Source of the DNA: Carcharhinus longimanus
Lineage: Eukaryota
Reading direction: 5' to 3'
Assembly (NCBI GenBank): GCA_030264375.1
Contig: JASCQW010000027.1
Span: forward strand, 70,650,720-70,714,719
DNA: 64,000 bases
The notes under the pieces are model-generated. The model was not told where the DNA came from. It did no database searches and worked only from the letters and a program-made list of their open reading frames with translations. A program made the position numbers and the translations under genes. Of this stretch, positions 24,640 through 37,915 are shown piece by piece. Each line of letters begins with the position of its first letter. Positions within the stretch are counted from its first letter, which is position 1.

Positions 24640-24795
24640 GACAGGTGTTTCATTTCGTATGCTTGATGAGATGGGGTGTGTGTCACAGATGACTGAGTGA
24701 AGCAAGATTTCAGAGGGAATGATTCCTTCCAAATGTTAAAAGGGAGGGGAATGTGCGTCTGGCAATAAGGAAGTAACAGAAATGACAGAGGATGA
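24640..24795 (-). mobile_element. Penelope-like element fragment
   Basis: The minus strand resembles the FPxPP...FRRxxSLRxxLVxS linker preceding the GIY-YIG domain (aggaatcattccctctgaaatcttgcttcactca); short and decayed. Confidence 0.4.
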
Positions 24796-24799
24796 CAAA

Positions 24800-24945
24800 A
24801 GATATGAATAGGATGGGAATAGAGGGATACGGTTTCTGGAAAGATAAAGGGTTTTAGTTCAGATGGGCAGCAGGGTCAGTGCAAGCTAGGAGGTTCGAAT
24901 GGCCTGTTCCTGTGCTGTAATTTTCTTTGTTCTTTTTCTTTGTAT
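24800..24945 (+). mobile_element. CR1 3' UTR tail
   Basis: ggcctgttcctgtgctgtaattttctttgttcttt, the same tail family as at 6.7 and 22.8 kb. Confidence 0.85.
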
Positions 24946-26186
24946 GAAATTGAGGTCCCACAGGAACTGGCCTGGAAACAAGTGTGGCCATTTGATCTAT
25001 TACCTCAAGAATGTAGAATTCTATCTTGACAAGTTTTCAGAATATACTGTGAAGAATCATTTGAAATGAGCACCTCTGACTGGTAGCATGAAAGATTTTA
25101 ACAGATTGAGGATAGCTGTCTTGTTAAAATTACATAATTTCTCTTTGCTTCAGGCATTGGCTACCTAGTAGCTAGCTCCAACCTGGAAAAAGTTTTATCT
25201 TTTAGACCTATGGTAACATTAATCATCCTGTGCCTAGAGCAAAACTTAAGTAAGGGGATAGATGAAATAAATAAGCAGGAGCCTCAGGCAAACAGAGATT
25301 TTCATTTATTTTCTGAACCTAAGTAGAGCTGTTCTCTCTAACCCCTCCGTTCCCCATGACAGTCATTAACTTGTCACCAAAGTCTTAACATTATTCCACA
25401 GTGGTTTTATGAATTATAAGATTGCAAATAGGCTGTTAATACAATTGCTAACACTTCACTGAAGCCAGCAAATTAAAAATAGTTCTACAAGGCCAATCTG
25501 TGCAAAAATTAATTGTAACAATTTCTAAAAATGGTGGCAGCTTAGGCATTAGCAGTACACATTCCCCAGCCTTTCTGGAAACCTTGAATGATAGCACAAA
25601 GCAAGAATTTAAACTTCCTGAGTTTCAGACTTATTCCATGCCCATTCAAACCCCATCACATCCAAATTTTTCCTTCAGTTTTTAAAGAAAGGTCTGCCTC
25701 CAGTTAAAGGCCAAAAGGTGCTTAGCAAGATCTCATCCCCAAAGGCCTCAAATCTTAAGATTTCTGACACCTTTCATTGAACTGCCATACAGCTACCTGC
25801 TGTGGTATCAGTATGAACTTCACAGTGCTGTCAGATTGTTATGACCTTAGATTTTGTTTTCAACACAAAGAGACTGAAATTATTAGTTTTTATAGTTGGG
25901 GAACTGATGACCGGAAATGTGGACTTGCTTATGACAGAACCCNNNNNNNNNNNNNNNNNNNNNNNNNNNNNNNNNNNNNNNNNNNNNNNNNNNNNNNNNN
26001 NNNNNNNNNNNNNNNNNNNNNNNNNNNNNNNNNNNNNNNNNNACAGAACCCAAAACTTATGTCAAATGTATGTGAAATGCTCAAAAGTTCCATTTAAACA
26101 TGCTTCAGAAACTCACCAAAAACTGCCAAATCTTTGCTAAGTAAGGAAGAGAAAGTTAAGGCCTAAATTCAGGAATAATCAAATGA

Positions 26187-26610
26187 AGGCTGTGGCATAG
26201 CGGTAATGACATTAGAATAAAGTAATCCACATACTAATGCTATAGGGACATGGTAGAATTTGAATTCAAATTCAATTAATAAATCCAGAAGTAAAAACTG
26301 AAAAACAAACTATTGTCAATTGTTAAAACATATCTAGTTTACTAATACCCTTCTGGGAAGGACATCTGCTATCCTTATCTGGTCTGGCCAACATGTGACC
26401 ACAGCAATGTGGTTGACTCAAATGCCTAACAAGCCATTCAGTCGTACCAAATCACAACAGAAAAATCAATAACAAATAAAATCGACCAGACAACCCAGCA
26501 TCACCCTAGGCACCGGAAACAACAATGGTACACCCAGCCAGCCTGGTCAATGAGACAAATTCCTCCTTATATCATCTAGGAACTTGTGTTAAAATTAGGA
26601 GAACTGTGCA
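26187..26610 (+). mobile_element. tRNA-headed SINE or LINE 5' segment
   Basis: gtggcatagcggtaatg head and the ccttatctggtctggcc...acagcaatgtggttgactc core also seen at 60277-60820. Confidence 0.7.
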
Positions 26611-28364
26611 CTGATTGAACCTCCAACCTCCTGGGTCAAGTACTTGATGTTTTAAGAACTGCAATCAAATGCAACTAAAGAGAGACCAGTGCAAGTTTCC
26701 AAAAGGAGGGTTCTTTAATCTAACAAGGCATTGTAGAGTATGGCTTACTTGTCAAATGGATATGTCTGAATTTCTCTCCTCATATATGACTTGTTAAAAT
26801 AATTGGCCTGCCAATTACTTCAAAATTAAACATACATGGGTAGGATGCTAAGCATCTAAATACTTAAAATTATAGGCATCAGTAGTGCAATGTTAACATT
26901 CTAGTAATGAGTTATGATAAACTGCCAATCAGGTTCTTGTGAAGATCCGACTTGCTTTTTTACAATTACCCTCCAAGAGATTACATTACGTCCCTAGTAG
27001 AAATGCAGGTCATACCCTTGGCAGTTTAACCAATCCAGTCCTCTATTTATCTTTTTGTTCCTCAGCATCCTTGCTAATATTCTTAGTTCATCTAACAAAA
27101 AATGTGCCATACAGCACTGCTGCATAATTTTTTTTTATTAAAACAAATTCCTCATTATAGGCAGTTGGCTCCTGAGCTGGCTGCTATGTGCCAAACAATA
27201 ACTGCTCTAAGCTGATACCAGTGTGGCATGGGGACAGGCAATCAGGTAGCTGTTAGTTTTAAAAAAAGAGCATTCAAACACAATGCTCCTAATCCTGACC
27301 ACATGAGCTTGACTGCCAATAATCTTTCTCAAGTTTCTTTCCGTTAAACCATTTATCTATCAGAAGGTGGCATTATCCTTGCCATCCCCAATCAAAATCC
27401 TCCTTCTGCTGAAAAGGTTCATTCAAATATGGACATACATAATAAAGCAATTCCTATTCAAAGCTGAACTTGATGATGGTGGAATATTAAATGCATATCA
27501 AATCTAAATTTATGGAAGTTTATTGAAGAACCAAATTTTCCCCTGCATTGTCAGCATCTTTCCAACATGCAGGCATCAATTATTTCAATTTCTGTGGCAT
27601 CACACAACTCAAAAGTATAAGAGGGTTAATTTTGTTGCAGAATGAAATAACATGACACCCGAGAGTAGTGATGGGCAATTAACGGAATTCAATCTCAATC
27701 CCCCACACCCCCGAAAACAAGGGCATGTTTCTGCCCCAGCACTGCCCCAACAGTAAACCTCTCATCCACTGGAGCTGTACATATCTGCGCAATCCCAATG
27801 GCTTCTCTTCACCAGTTCCCAGTTTGTCAAAAGCTGTTGTAAACCTAAAGTGGGGAAATGTAGCTAATGATATTAAAGCGAATGGTAATGGGATTCCTGA
27901 CCTTTTATGTTGGTAACTCCATTATGTCATTCGGGGAGGGCGGGGACAATAGGAACTGCAAATCCCAACTGCATAAAAGCCATTCGGTGACTCCCGCTAC
28001 CATTCCTGCCTCCTGAAAATGGAGGCAGAATGTCCTGGCCCTGAACTGTGCTGCCCCAATGGAAACTTATTGTTTTCCCACAAGGGAAGAAAACAACTGA
28101 TATGGAAAATCTTCACTTTTTGCTAAAATGAATATTTATTTGATGCACATCTGCACAATTTATAAACCTATCCTCTTGAACTCAATTACACTCCGATTCA
28201 CAGTGAACATCTGAACAACAATTCACATTTCTGGGCCATGTACAAATTTTGAACTTGCATCTCTATGGCAGAGTCAAGGTCATGGGTACATGTTTGGGTT
28301 TTGCATTAAATATTTGACAAAGGTTCAGCTTCACTGACCACTCTCATAAGCAGGCCTCACATAC

Positions 28365-28530
28365 CTTATGGTTGGAGTTTGTCTTCACTTTTCTGGTATC
28401 TTGATCAACAACAGTGAGATCTAAGAATCAAACACAGAACCCTTGCTGCTGTATTCTATATGCCTCTTTGTATTTCTCCTCATCTTCAGTTGGTGGACTG
28501 AATATACACACCAATAGACTGAGATTCAGC
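28365..28530 (-). other. Candidate 166-nt exon, non-coding or stop-containing
   Basis: Acceptor tcttttggtttgtag|G and donor AAG|gtatgt. Purine-rich (GAAGATGAGGAGAAA) with stops in all frames. Confidence 0.55.
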
Positions 28531-28589
28531 CTACAAACCAAAAGATAATTTATTTTAACAAAAAAACATAAATGTCATGAATTTTACAA

Positions 28590-29265
28590 GTACAGGTGAA
28601 TAGCTAGACTTTAGTGTCCATATACGCAAAATCTTAAAGGCGGCAGATCAAGTTGATAAGGTGGTTAAAGAAAAGCTATACGGGTTATTGGGTTTATAAA
28701 TCGAGGCATAGAATATAAAAGCAAAGAGATTATGCTAAGTCACTACTCAGGTCTCAGTTGGAGTATTGTAGTTAATTCTGGATTTCACGCCAGAAAACAC
28801 GTAAAGGTCTTAGTAAAGATATGAGAAAGTTATTATGTACGAGAGTATTGCGTTATGAGAGTTGGAAGAGCTAAGAAAGCTTCCCTTTGAACCAAGTGTA
28901 GCAGATGACAGAAGTTTTCAAGATGAGGAGATTCTGATAGAGTAGATAGAGAGAAACAATTCCATCTGGACAGTCGGCCAATAACCAGAGGTCTTAGATT
29001 TAAAATCTTTGGCAAAAGATCCAGAAAGGAAATGAGAAACATTTTCATTCAGAGTTGTCAGCATCTAGAATACGCTGCCTGAAACGATGGTTGAAGCTGA
29101 TTCAATAAATAATTTTAACAGGGAGTTGGGCAGTACTTAAGGATTAAGAACTTACCGGGTTAAAGACAAAACCCAGCAGACTAGGCATGATTGCTCTTTT
29201 AAAGACCCACACAGGTACGATGGGCTACATGGCTTCCTCCTTTTCTGCATGATTCAATGAAATGA
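28590..29265 (+). mobile_element. Old CR1 3' fragment
   Basis: Decayed KVVK...RGIEYKSKEIML, SQLEYCS and RVVSI.NTLPE motifs. Confidence 0.75.
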
Positions 29266-29394
29266 ACAGTAGTTAGTGCAAGAGTAATTTAGGTGAGAAA
29301 TGTTATTATGCTCCTAAACATACACAGAACTATAAATGTGTTCTCCCCGAGCTCTCTCATACAGTGATAGACAGTCACTTACAATATGTTGAAA

Positions 29395-30130
29395 CATAGA
29401 AAATAGCAGGGGGCCATTCAACCATGCTCCATTCATTATGATCACGGCTGATCATCCAACTCAATAGTGTAATCCCATTTTCCCCCAATACCCTTTGCTG
29501 CAGTGTTATAACTAACTGCTTCTTGAAACCAATGTTTGGCCTCAACTACTTTGTGGTATTGAATTCCACAGGCTGACCATTATGAATGAACAGATACTGC
29601 AAACTAACCCATTTGTACTGCTGGCTACAGAACAGCTACTTTAGGCCAGTACATATACCCATGGTGCTATCAGAAGGGAGTCCCAGTGACAAAGTAATAA
29701 GTGCAATATGGTTCCAAGTCAGGATAATGTGGCACTTGGAAGCAAACTTGCAGGTCCCTAGTCCTTCAAGATGATAGAGGTCACAAATTTAGAAGATTCT
29801 GCCAAAGGAGCCTTGGCAAGTTGCTGCAATGCATCCTGTAAATGGTACACACTGTGCTACTATGCAGAGGGAGTAAAAGGTGGTGGATGGGGTGCCAAGT
29901 GGGTTGCTTTGTCCTGGATGGTGTCGAGTTTCTTGAGTGTTGTTAGCGCTGCACTCATCCAGGCAAGTGAAGAGCATTCCATCCATCTCCTGATTTTTGC
30001 CCTATAGATGGTAGGCTGGCTTTGAGAGATTAGGAGGCAAGTTATTCACGACAGAATTCCCAGCCTCTGACCTGCTCTGCATATTTGTATGGTTGGTGCA
30101 GATCTGTTTCTAGTCAATGGTAAATCACAA
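29395..30130 (-). mobile_element. CR1 tail (29395-29585) and CR1-clade LINE fragment (29680-30130)
   Basis: catagaaaatag tail; reverse-complement match to the 24.0-24.6 kb and 52.2-52.7 kb family. Confidence 0.75.
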
Positions 30131-30919
30131 TATTGAGTTATGAGAATATACATCCGGGGTGCCATACTTATCAATGCACCAGTCAGATGCTGAGGCACAG
30201 ATAGCAGCAAGAAATGCATTTGATGAACCTGGACCATTTTAAATCTAAAAGTGTGATTACTTCAAGTTTCTGGGAAATAGAAGAAATAACAGAGTATGAC
30301 ATGAAAAAAATTCAATTATTACAACACAAGATAGTGTCAACTGTATAACTTAAAGTCAAACGTCTACAGGTGAGGGCACTCATTGAACAATGACTTATGC
30401 ACATCTCAAGAAACATTCCATGGGGCTGGAGTGCATTATCAGCCCCAGGAACATCATTTTGCTTTAATCTGACAATCTTTTGAAGGTTGTTTTTGTTACA
30501 GTTCCCCATTAATTTTATTTGTTAATTAGTTTATTGGGTACTCAAGAAGGTATAAAGAAACATTTATCAACAATGGTAGTGGGTTGTAGAGTTAGGAGCT
30601 AACATTTATAACGTCTCACTTTGTGAATAAATCTAAAACTGAATGAAGATGAACTTTTGGTCTCCTCATGTTTATCACAGCCTGAAATATCCAAATCACA
30701 ACTTGGCATAAATATATACTGCCTGATTTTAGAATTTCAGTACAAACTTGCTGAGTCTGGAGACTAGATCACGATTAAAGATGTTATAAATTTAATACAT
30801 CAAGACACCCGCAGCAGCCCTCCAGGTTTTGAAAGAAATCTATTTTTCCTACTCTCTTCATTAAGCAGAGATTAAGAGAAATAACAACTTTAATAAAAAC
30901 AGTAGTCTTGAAGCGTTAG

Positions 30920-31172
30920 TACATAAGAACATAAGAACATAAGAAATAGGAGCAGGAGTAGGCCATCTGGCCCTTCGAGCCTGCCCCGCCATTCNNNNNN
31001 NNNNNNNNNNNNNNNNNNNNNNNNNNNNNNNNNNNNNNNNNNNNNNNNNNNNNNNNNNNNNNNNNNNNNNNNNNNNNNNNNNNNNNNNNNNNNNGAGGCA
31101 GCCTCCACCACCTCAACGGGCAGAGAATTCCATAGATTCACCACCCTTTGAGTGAAGAAGTTCCTCCTCAAT
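30920..31172 (-). mobile_element. Young CR1 3' end spanning an N-gap
   Basis: (acataaga)3 tail; LRRNFFTQRVVNLWNSLPVEVVEA. Confidence 0.92.
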
Positions 31173-32278
31173 GTTAGTAGCATTTTTGTTCAATGAAAAA
31201 CAGGTTTCCTGGAGAAGAATCACATGTCTCTAATAGCATAAGTACGAGAAAAGAAATTTTGCAACATCCAAGAGTTTCAATTATTGAAATAAAGAGAAAG
31301 ACATCTATCTAGCAATTCTGATGTCCTCAGGACCTGCCAAAACACTTCACAGACAACTAAATGCTCTTTAACTATAGTCACTGTTGTAATGTAGGAAATG
31401 CAACCACAGGCAAACAGTTCAATGGATGCCAATTAAAGGCAAATTATACAAGCAGCATAACTTCCCCATGTATGTTTTTCTGATTTGTAATTGTGTTTCA
31501 AGGTTATTTGCTTGTGTAGCCATCACGTAATGGTATGAAACACAAAATACCAACCATCGTATATCATAAAATAGATATCCTGTATAAATGACACAATCAG
31601 CCACTAAATCAATTAGAAACCCTCTATCACAAAATCAGCTTTTCAAAAAGGAAAGCAGTCCGACTGCTTAAACTGTTAATTCAGAAGCAAATCAATTCAC
31701 TCCTAAACCAGCAGTATGGTGGGGACAAAAAGAAGTGATTCAGCCTTAACAGAAGAAAATGGGTTAGCTCTTAATTACAGGTGCCACTGTGCAATAAATG
31801 TATGAAACATTTATCAATTAAGAGAATAGATCATCCCATCTTAATAGAACGATTCAGATGGTTATGGTCACTGTTTATGAACAGTGTTTGAGATTTCCCA
31901 AATATTGAAATATCCTTGCTTTGCTCTGCCAAATCAATTACCCCATGTAAAACACAGTATTAATACAAAAGTTGAGCTGGGGAAAAGAGAATTATTTCAC
32001 TTCAACAGCGTGCAAGTTAAAGATATAATAATTAAATTTATGTTCCACTGGCAGGATTAGATCAGCACAAAAAATTCAGGAGCACAGCAGTCATGCAAGC
32101 AATAGAACAAAGCACAAATACTAATTGCACAGGTATTAGAAGATGCACTTATGCTATCACCCTTGTAATCCAACTAGCTGGCTGAAATTTTATAATGATT
32201 TATAATAGTAGTAAATCGTTCTAAACAGGGTGGTATTTATGCTAAAATCAAAGATTATTTGAAGTACANNNNNNNNNN

Positions 32279-33223
32279 AATTATGAAGTTTATAGGATGA
32301 TATTTTGAAACTGTGGCTTTAAATTTCAGTTAACCGAAGGATGTGACCTGTTATGAAGGCTGCCTGAAAGTAAGCCCTGTGTGGTTTGATTGTTAGAAAT
32401 CAAAAGAAGGTTTAGATTGTTTCACAGAAAAAAAAGGTGTATGGTACTTACAGTGGGAGACAATGGTAGTGGTCTCTGACTTTACAATGAGTAGATTCAA
32501 GTCTCCCACAGTGCCAGAAAGGAATTGCTGGTATCAGGGTTATAAATAATTGTGCTGTTAACTCATTTCAATGTGAAAGTTAGTTAGGATCAAGAATTGC
32601 TAATAAGCACATATACCTGAATGCAAGGTTAATGTTTTCATGATGCAATGGGGAAGAGGGCAAATTAAGTCATTATTGAGTTCAGGTTAAAGACTTCCCT
32701 GTAAATCAATGAATATCAAAAACAGACAGCAGAGGTTCTGTGTGGTCAGACAGAAGAGGTGGTGCTTGCCTTTATGAGCTACCACACCCCACTATGGGAG
32801 GAAGACTGTCTCTACTTGAAGACACATAATGCAGTCTTAGGAATTCCAGAAGATTAATCCTGACATGAGCAGAATCAAGGATCATAAGAGGCTTAACTGC
32901 TAGCGGATTTCAGGAGCTCTTTGAAAACTGAAGAAAATGACTGAAAATGGCCACATGTTCAAAGTTACCACTCAGCAAAATGCAGAATAGGAAACCGTTG
33001 GAAGCAACTATGGACTCTGCTTTGAGAACTGTAATTCTTTGCAAAGTGTGGTAAGTAAAACAAGGGAACATTCTTCTCTAGTTTAAAAAAATAAATTGCC
33101 TCCAAAAATATTTCTAAATAGCATGTTATTTGTTAAAGTAAAACTTTTAAATTAATAATCTTTCATCTGTTAACTAATGTTTGAATGTCTTTCAAAAATT
33201 ATGGTCTCAATGGAGATCATAAA
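32279..33223 (+). mobile_element. Probable solo LTR (~0.95 kb)
   Basis: Starts ttatga and ends gagatcataaaa, an imperfect terminal inverted repeat resembling tgttatga...tcataaca. Non-coding interior. Confidence 0.4.
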
Positions 33224-33250
33224 ATGAAAAACTGTAGCTCCTGTACTCAC

Positions 33251-33300
33251 CAAAAATAATGTAAGGAACTTGGGCTGATGCCAATTACATCAAATCCATC
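33251..33300 (-). other. Weak candidate 50-nt exon
   Basis: Donor TTG|gtgagt; weak acceptor gctgcttttaaag. Confidence 0.25.
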
Positions 33301-34059
33301 CTTTAAAAGCAGCAGCCAGTTCAAACTTAATTCAATTACATGAAATTGGGGTAATCTCAAACTTTTAGTCCTACAGAGATTTCCCACATAGTTGTAAGCT
33401 AGGTTACATGTCAAAATATTCTTAGAAAGACAGTACAATCTCTGTTAAGCCAGATCTGAAATAACTCCTTTTGGAGCTACTCTACACAAACTAAGCAATA
33501 GTCATTGGAAAGAGTGCAGTGGAGATTTACCACAATGGTACGAAAGATGAGGATTTGACTTATGAAGAAAGTTTCAAAGAACTACAGATGTATTTTTTCA
33601 AACTGAAAACTCGAGAGGACAGACCAACAGCAAATATTCAAATGTATAAAAGAAAATAGGCATGATAAACATATACTTCCAACTGTTGAGTAATTTGAAC
33701 ATGAGGGACCTTGGAAAGGTCTCTGGTGAGAGAAGAAAAAAGTTTTTCCATTCATCATTAGCGAAAGCTGGAATGCTTTGCCACAAGTAATGATAGTCTA
33801 AATCAGTTACAAAACAGTGCTGAATAATTACTTATGTAAATAGGTTCGGGGAGAAGGCAAGAAAAATGGAACTATGCAACGTATTCTCCCGAGATGGGCC
33901 TGAATTGAGCTCTTCCATCCCATGTGTAGATTAACAGATTAAAGAAAGATTTTTACGAACAAGTATGCAATGATCTTTGTTTTATATAATTGGAAACCAC
34001 CTTAAAATACTTGAACTTTGACCAAGAGTGACACTCACCTTCATAAAGATAACTCAGTA

Positions 34060-34354
34060 TGTCTCAGAAACTTCTGACAGGTTAGACAGGGTAGATTCAG
34101 AAAGACTGTTTCCAATGGTGGGAGTGTCCAAAACCAGGGGTCATAGTTTGAAGCTAAGGGGTAAAACTTTTAGAGTTTGAGGAGATGAGGAGAACTTTCT
34201 TCACCCATAGGGTGGTGAAAGTGTGGAATTCATTACTACAAAAAGCAGTTGAAGCCAAAATTATGAAAAAATTAGAGATAGCTCATGTGGCTAAAGGGAT
34301 CAAGGGTTTTGGGGATGAAGTGGGGGGAGATTGGGGGGGAAAATNNNNNNNNNN

Positions 34355-34406
<52 letters not shown>

Positions 34407-34505
34407 AATCAGGATAATTAAATTTAATTATTAGCCATGATCATGATGAATAGCAGAGCAGGTTCAAAGGGCCAAATAGTTTACTCCCACTTCTAGTTTT
34501 TACTT
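34060..34505 (+). mobile_element. CR1 3' end containing a 10-N gap and a 50-nt C run
   Basis: MRRTFFTHRVVKVWNSLLQKAVEA; typical 3' UTR. Confidence 0.88.
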
Positions 34506-36039
34506 AAACGAAGAGACATAAAACTAGTTTGTCACTCTCCGTCCAAAAAAGAGAGAGATGGAACATGTGAAATTAATAACTTGTTGTAAGAGCAGCTCAA
34601 GTTGAGGCTCTTTCCACACAAGTTTAGAGGGACCAAACTCGTGTGGATACTTGGAATATAGCTTCAGAAAGCAGGGTCACTACCTTGCAGTAAATTATAG
34701 CAACTTCTGCAATCAAATCTGCTTTCAGTACCCACAATGCCAGCTGATTCCAATACATTGTCAATATTACCATTCATCTCGGTGACAAGCACTCAAACAC
34801 ATCAAAGCGATTCTTTCAACATTTCAGAGTTCAGGAAACAAAGGATCAACACAAAATCTTTGATATCATCATTTCTGGTGTTACTATTGTATTAAAATGC
34901 AACATCGACAATATCAGCACCACGATCAATTTTGCAGTGGATGTCAAACATCTATGTCCTCTTCGGTGAACACAAAATATTCCATGGCATCAGTACAAGA
35001 GATTGCTCCCTGGTCATGGCTGATACCTCATTCAACACGATTAAAAATAAAATTATCTGGTCCTCACGACATTGTTCGTGGGTGCTTTGCTGTGTGCAAA
35101 TTGTTAGCTATAATTTTCCAAATTACAACAGTGATAATTACATTTAAAGTAGTACTTCATTTTGGGCATCCTGAGGTTGTAAAATGATTTATACCAGAAA
35201 ATGTTGCATTTGTAATGTTGGCAGTTTCTGTAATTTTTTTAAACAAGTTGCTAACTAAGTACACATTAACGCAAAATACAGCTTCAGCTATACAACCAGT
35301 TTCATTATCAGGATGTGGTTTTATAAGGCAGCATTCAGTTGCTGAGAATATGGTGGTGAATTGCTGCAATGTGGTAAAGCTCCCACATTGCTGCGAGTTA
35401 CTAAGTTCCAAAATGTTGACCTAACAAGAACGAAGATGCGTCCAAACCAGAATAGTACAAAACTTCAAAATAATGGCATCTTTATCATGAACGAGATACT
35501 ATTTTATAGCTATTGCAGGTTCATAAACAAGGCAGCTTATCAGCTGACAAATTATATCAGAGTGTTTCTTTTTCCAAGTCTAAATCTTCATCCATTGTGA
35601 CTTTTTTTTTGCAGTACAAAGATGTCATTGATATAATATTAAGTTTCGGTAGAGGAAAACATCAAACACTGCATTATGTGATACTATTTACTTTAACCCT
35701 ATGTCAAAAACCATTTTGTTTGTGTCCTTTTTTTCTTGAAGTGCTTATCTAATTTCCTCAAATTCCTTTTACAACTTTACCTAATTCAAGCATTTATTGA
35801 CATGAAAAATATACAGTAAATGCAAAACATCCTGACGAATAATGTTGCATTTTATTGCCAGCACTATTAATTCATGCTAGGTGGTACAAATCTTCTGTAA
35901 AGCAACTCTATGACACGGCACATGCTAAATGAATGACATTGAATCTGTGCTAGTCTTGCATTTATGACATGGAATAGTTTCAAATATTATCACTTTTACT
36001 TATGCAGTATTTATCAAAATCTTGTTTCAGTAATGAATC

Positions 36040-36600
36040 ACAACATAAGCAATGGTTATGGCACAAGAAGCAGCTATTCAGCCTTGGAGTCCATGCCAGC
36101 TCTCTGCAACAGCAATATTTTGCTTTTATCTCTGCAACAGCACCTTAGCTAGTCTCACTTCTCCCCCCTCGTCCTTTCTAATGCTTAGCCATATTCCAGA
36201 ATCTCATATGCCCTTTGATTCTTGTGCCAGTCATTTTATATTTGTATCCTCTAGTTCTGAAGTCTTCCGCCAGTGAGAACAATTTCTCTCCATTTACTCC
36301 ACTGAGATCCTTCATGATCTTGAACATGTTAATTCTTCCCTACTGTATGATGATCAATCCCAGAATCTTTAATCGAACCACGTAAAAGTATTCCCTCACC
36401 CATGGAGCCACTCTCACGCATTTTTCTGCGCCCTCTCTAAGGCCTGCACATTCTTCCAAAAGCATGGTGCCTCGAATTGAACATATTACGCCAAGTTGAT
36501 GCAGAAACTATTTTTATACAAGTTCATCACAACTTTACTTTTATATTCTATGCCTCTATAAAGCCCAAGTTGCCCATTTAACTACTTTCTCAACCAAATC
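36040..36600 (-). mobile_element. Old CR1 3' fragment
   Basis: Reverse-strand VQFEAPCFWKNVQALERAQK matches the CR1 VQFWSP...ALERVQ motif. Confidence 0.75.
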
Positions 36601-36614
36601 CCTGTAGACAGGGA

Positions 36615-36712
36615 GACAATGTGGAGATTCCGCACAGACAGTGGCCCAAGCTGGGAATCAAACTCAGGTCCCTGGTGCTATGAGGTAGCAGTGCTAACCA
36701 CTGTACTACCTG
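36615..36712 (-). mobile_element. HE1-type SINE 5' part
   Basis: Reverse complement of gtacagtggttagcactgctacctca...gagtttgattcccagcttggg. Confidence 0.8.
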
Positions 36713-36739
36713 TCACATAGATGTCTGTGCGAAGCGAAA

Positions 36740-37915
36740 AAGAGCAGATAATCTGCGATTAGGAAGGCAAATTGAATGGTGGTGTTTATTGCAAAAGGAA
36801 TAGAATATACAAGATAGGTAAGTTGACTACAGCTGTACAAGACCTCAGTGAGATCACATTTGGATAACTATCGTGTTTTGGTTTCCTTATTTAAAAAAGG
36901 ATGTAAATGCGTTCCAAGATTTTCAGAGGTGGTTCATTCAATTCATTCCTGGGATAAAGGGCTAACTTTATGATGGCTGAACGGGTTGGGCACATACACA
37001 TCGAAGACGGGCACATGAGTTTACTGAAACGTACAAGATCCTGAGGGGACTTTTTAGGGTGGATACTGAGAGGATGTTTCCTCTTGCTGGGGAGAGGAGA
37101 ACTAAGGGACATAGAATCATAGAACCCTACAGTGCACAAAGAGGCCCTCTGGCTCATCAAGTCTGCACTGACCACAATCCCACCCAGGACCTACGCCCAT
37201 ATCCCTACATATTTTACCTGCTAATCCCTCTAACATAAGCANNNNNNNNNNNNNNNNNNNNNNNNNNNNNNNNNNNNNNNNNNNNNNNNNNNNNNNNNNN
37301 NNNNNNNNNNNNNNNNNNNNNNNNNNNNNNNNNNNNNNNNNGGACATAGAATCATAGAACCCTACAGTGCACAAAGAGGCCCTCTGCCTCATCAAGTCTG
37401 CACTGACCACAATCCCACCCAGGCCCTACGCCCATATCCCTACATATTTTACCTGCTAATCCCTCTAACCTAAGCATCTTAGGACACTAAGGGGCAACTT
37501 TACAATGGCAAATCAACCTAACCCGCACATCTTTGGACTGTGGGAGGAAACCAAAGCACCTGGAGGAAACCCACGCAGACACGAGGAGAATGTGCAAACT
37601 CCACACAGACAGTGACCCGAGCTAGGAATTGAACCCAAGTCCCTGGAGCTATGAAGCAGCAGCGCTAACCACTGTACTACCATGCCGCCCATTTCATTAA
37701 GGCTGAAATGATGAAAAAATGTTTGTCTCAGAGATTTGTAGTGTGTGGAATTCTCTCCCACAGTTTGAATATTTTCAAGGCATAATTAGACAGATTTGCA
37801 ACAGACAAACATATCATGTTGTGGGGCAGACAAAAGTGGACTTGAGATCATAATCAGATCTTATTGAATGGTACAGCAGGCTCCAAGGACTGAATGACCT
37901 ATTCCTAAGTCATAT
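36740..37915 (+). mobile_element. CR1 3' fragment interrupted by a SINE
   Basis: QLYKTSVRSHLDNY..FWFPYLKKDV before 37108; resumes at 37691 with VWNSLP-like sequence and a 3' UTR. Confidence 0.8.
37342..37690 (-). mobile_element. Young full-length HE1/V-SINE-type SINE (tail also duplicated at 37107-37241 across the gap)
   Basis: Near-consensus head gggcggcatggtagtacagtggttagcgctgctgc, V-domain and (ttctatga)n tail. Confidence 0.95.

Noticed and set aside
28426-28529. Protein-like frame SPPTEDEEKYKEAYRIQQQ as a named gene
   Set aside because: I could not recognise it, and the frame stops within the exon before the donor. Kept only as an exon candidate.
33221-33240. aaaatgaaaaactgtagctc resembling miR-143
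   Set aside because: Seed mismatched and no hairpin partner arm.
34345-34404. Poly-proline ORF and 50-nt C run
   Set aside because: Homopolymer abutting a 10-N gap inside a CR1 tail; its length is probably a sequencing or assembly artefact.
37107-37476. 135-bp tandem duplication
   Set aside because: Near-identical copies (3 mismatches) directly flank a 100-N gap, consistent with unmerged contig ends or haplotypes.
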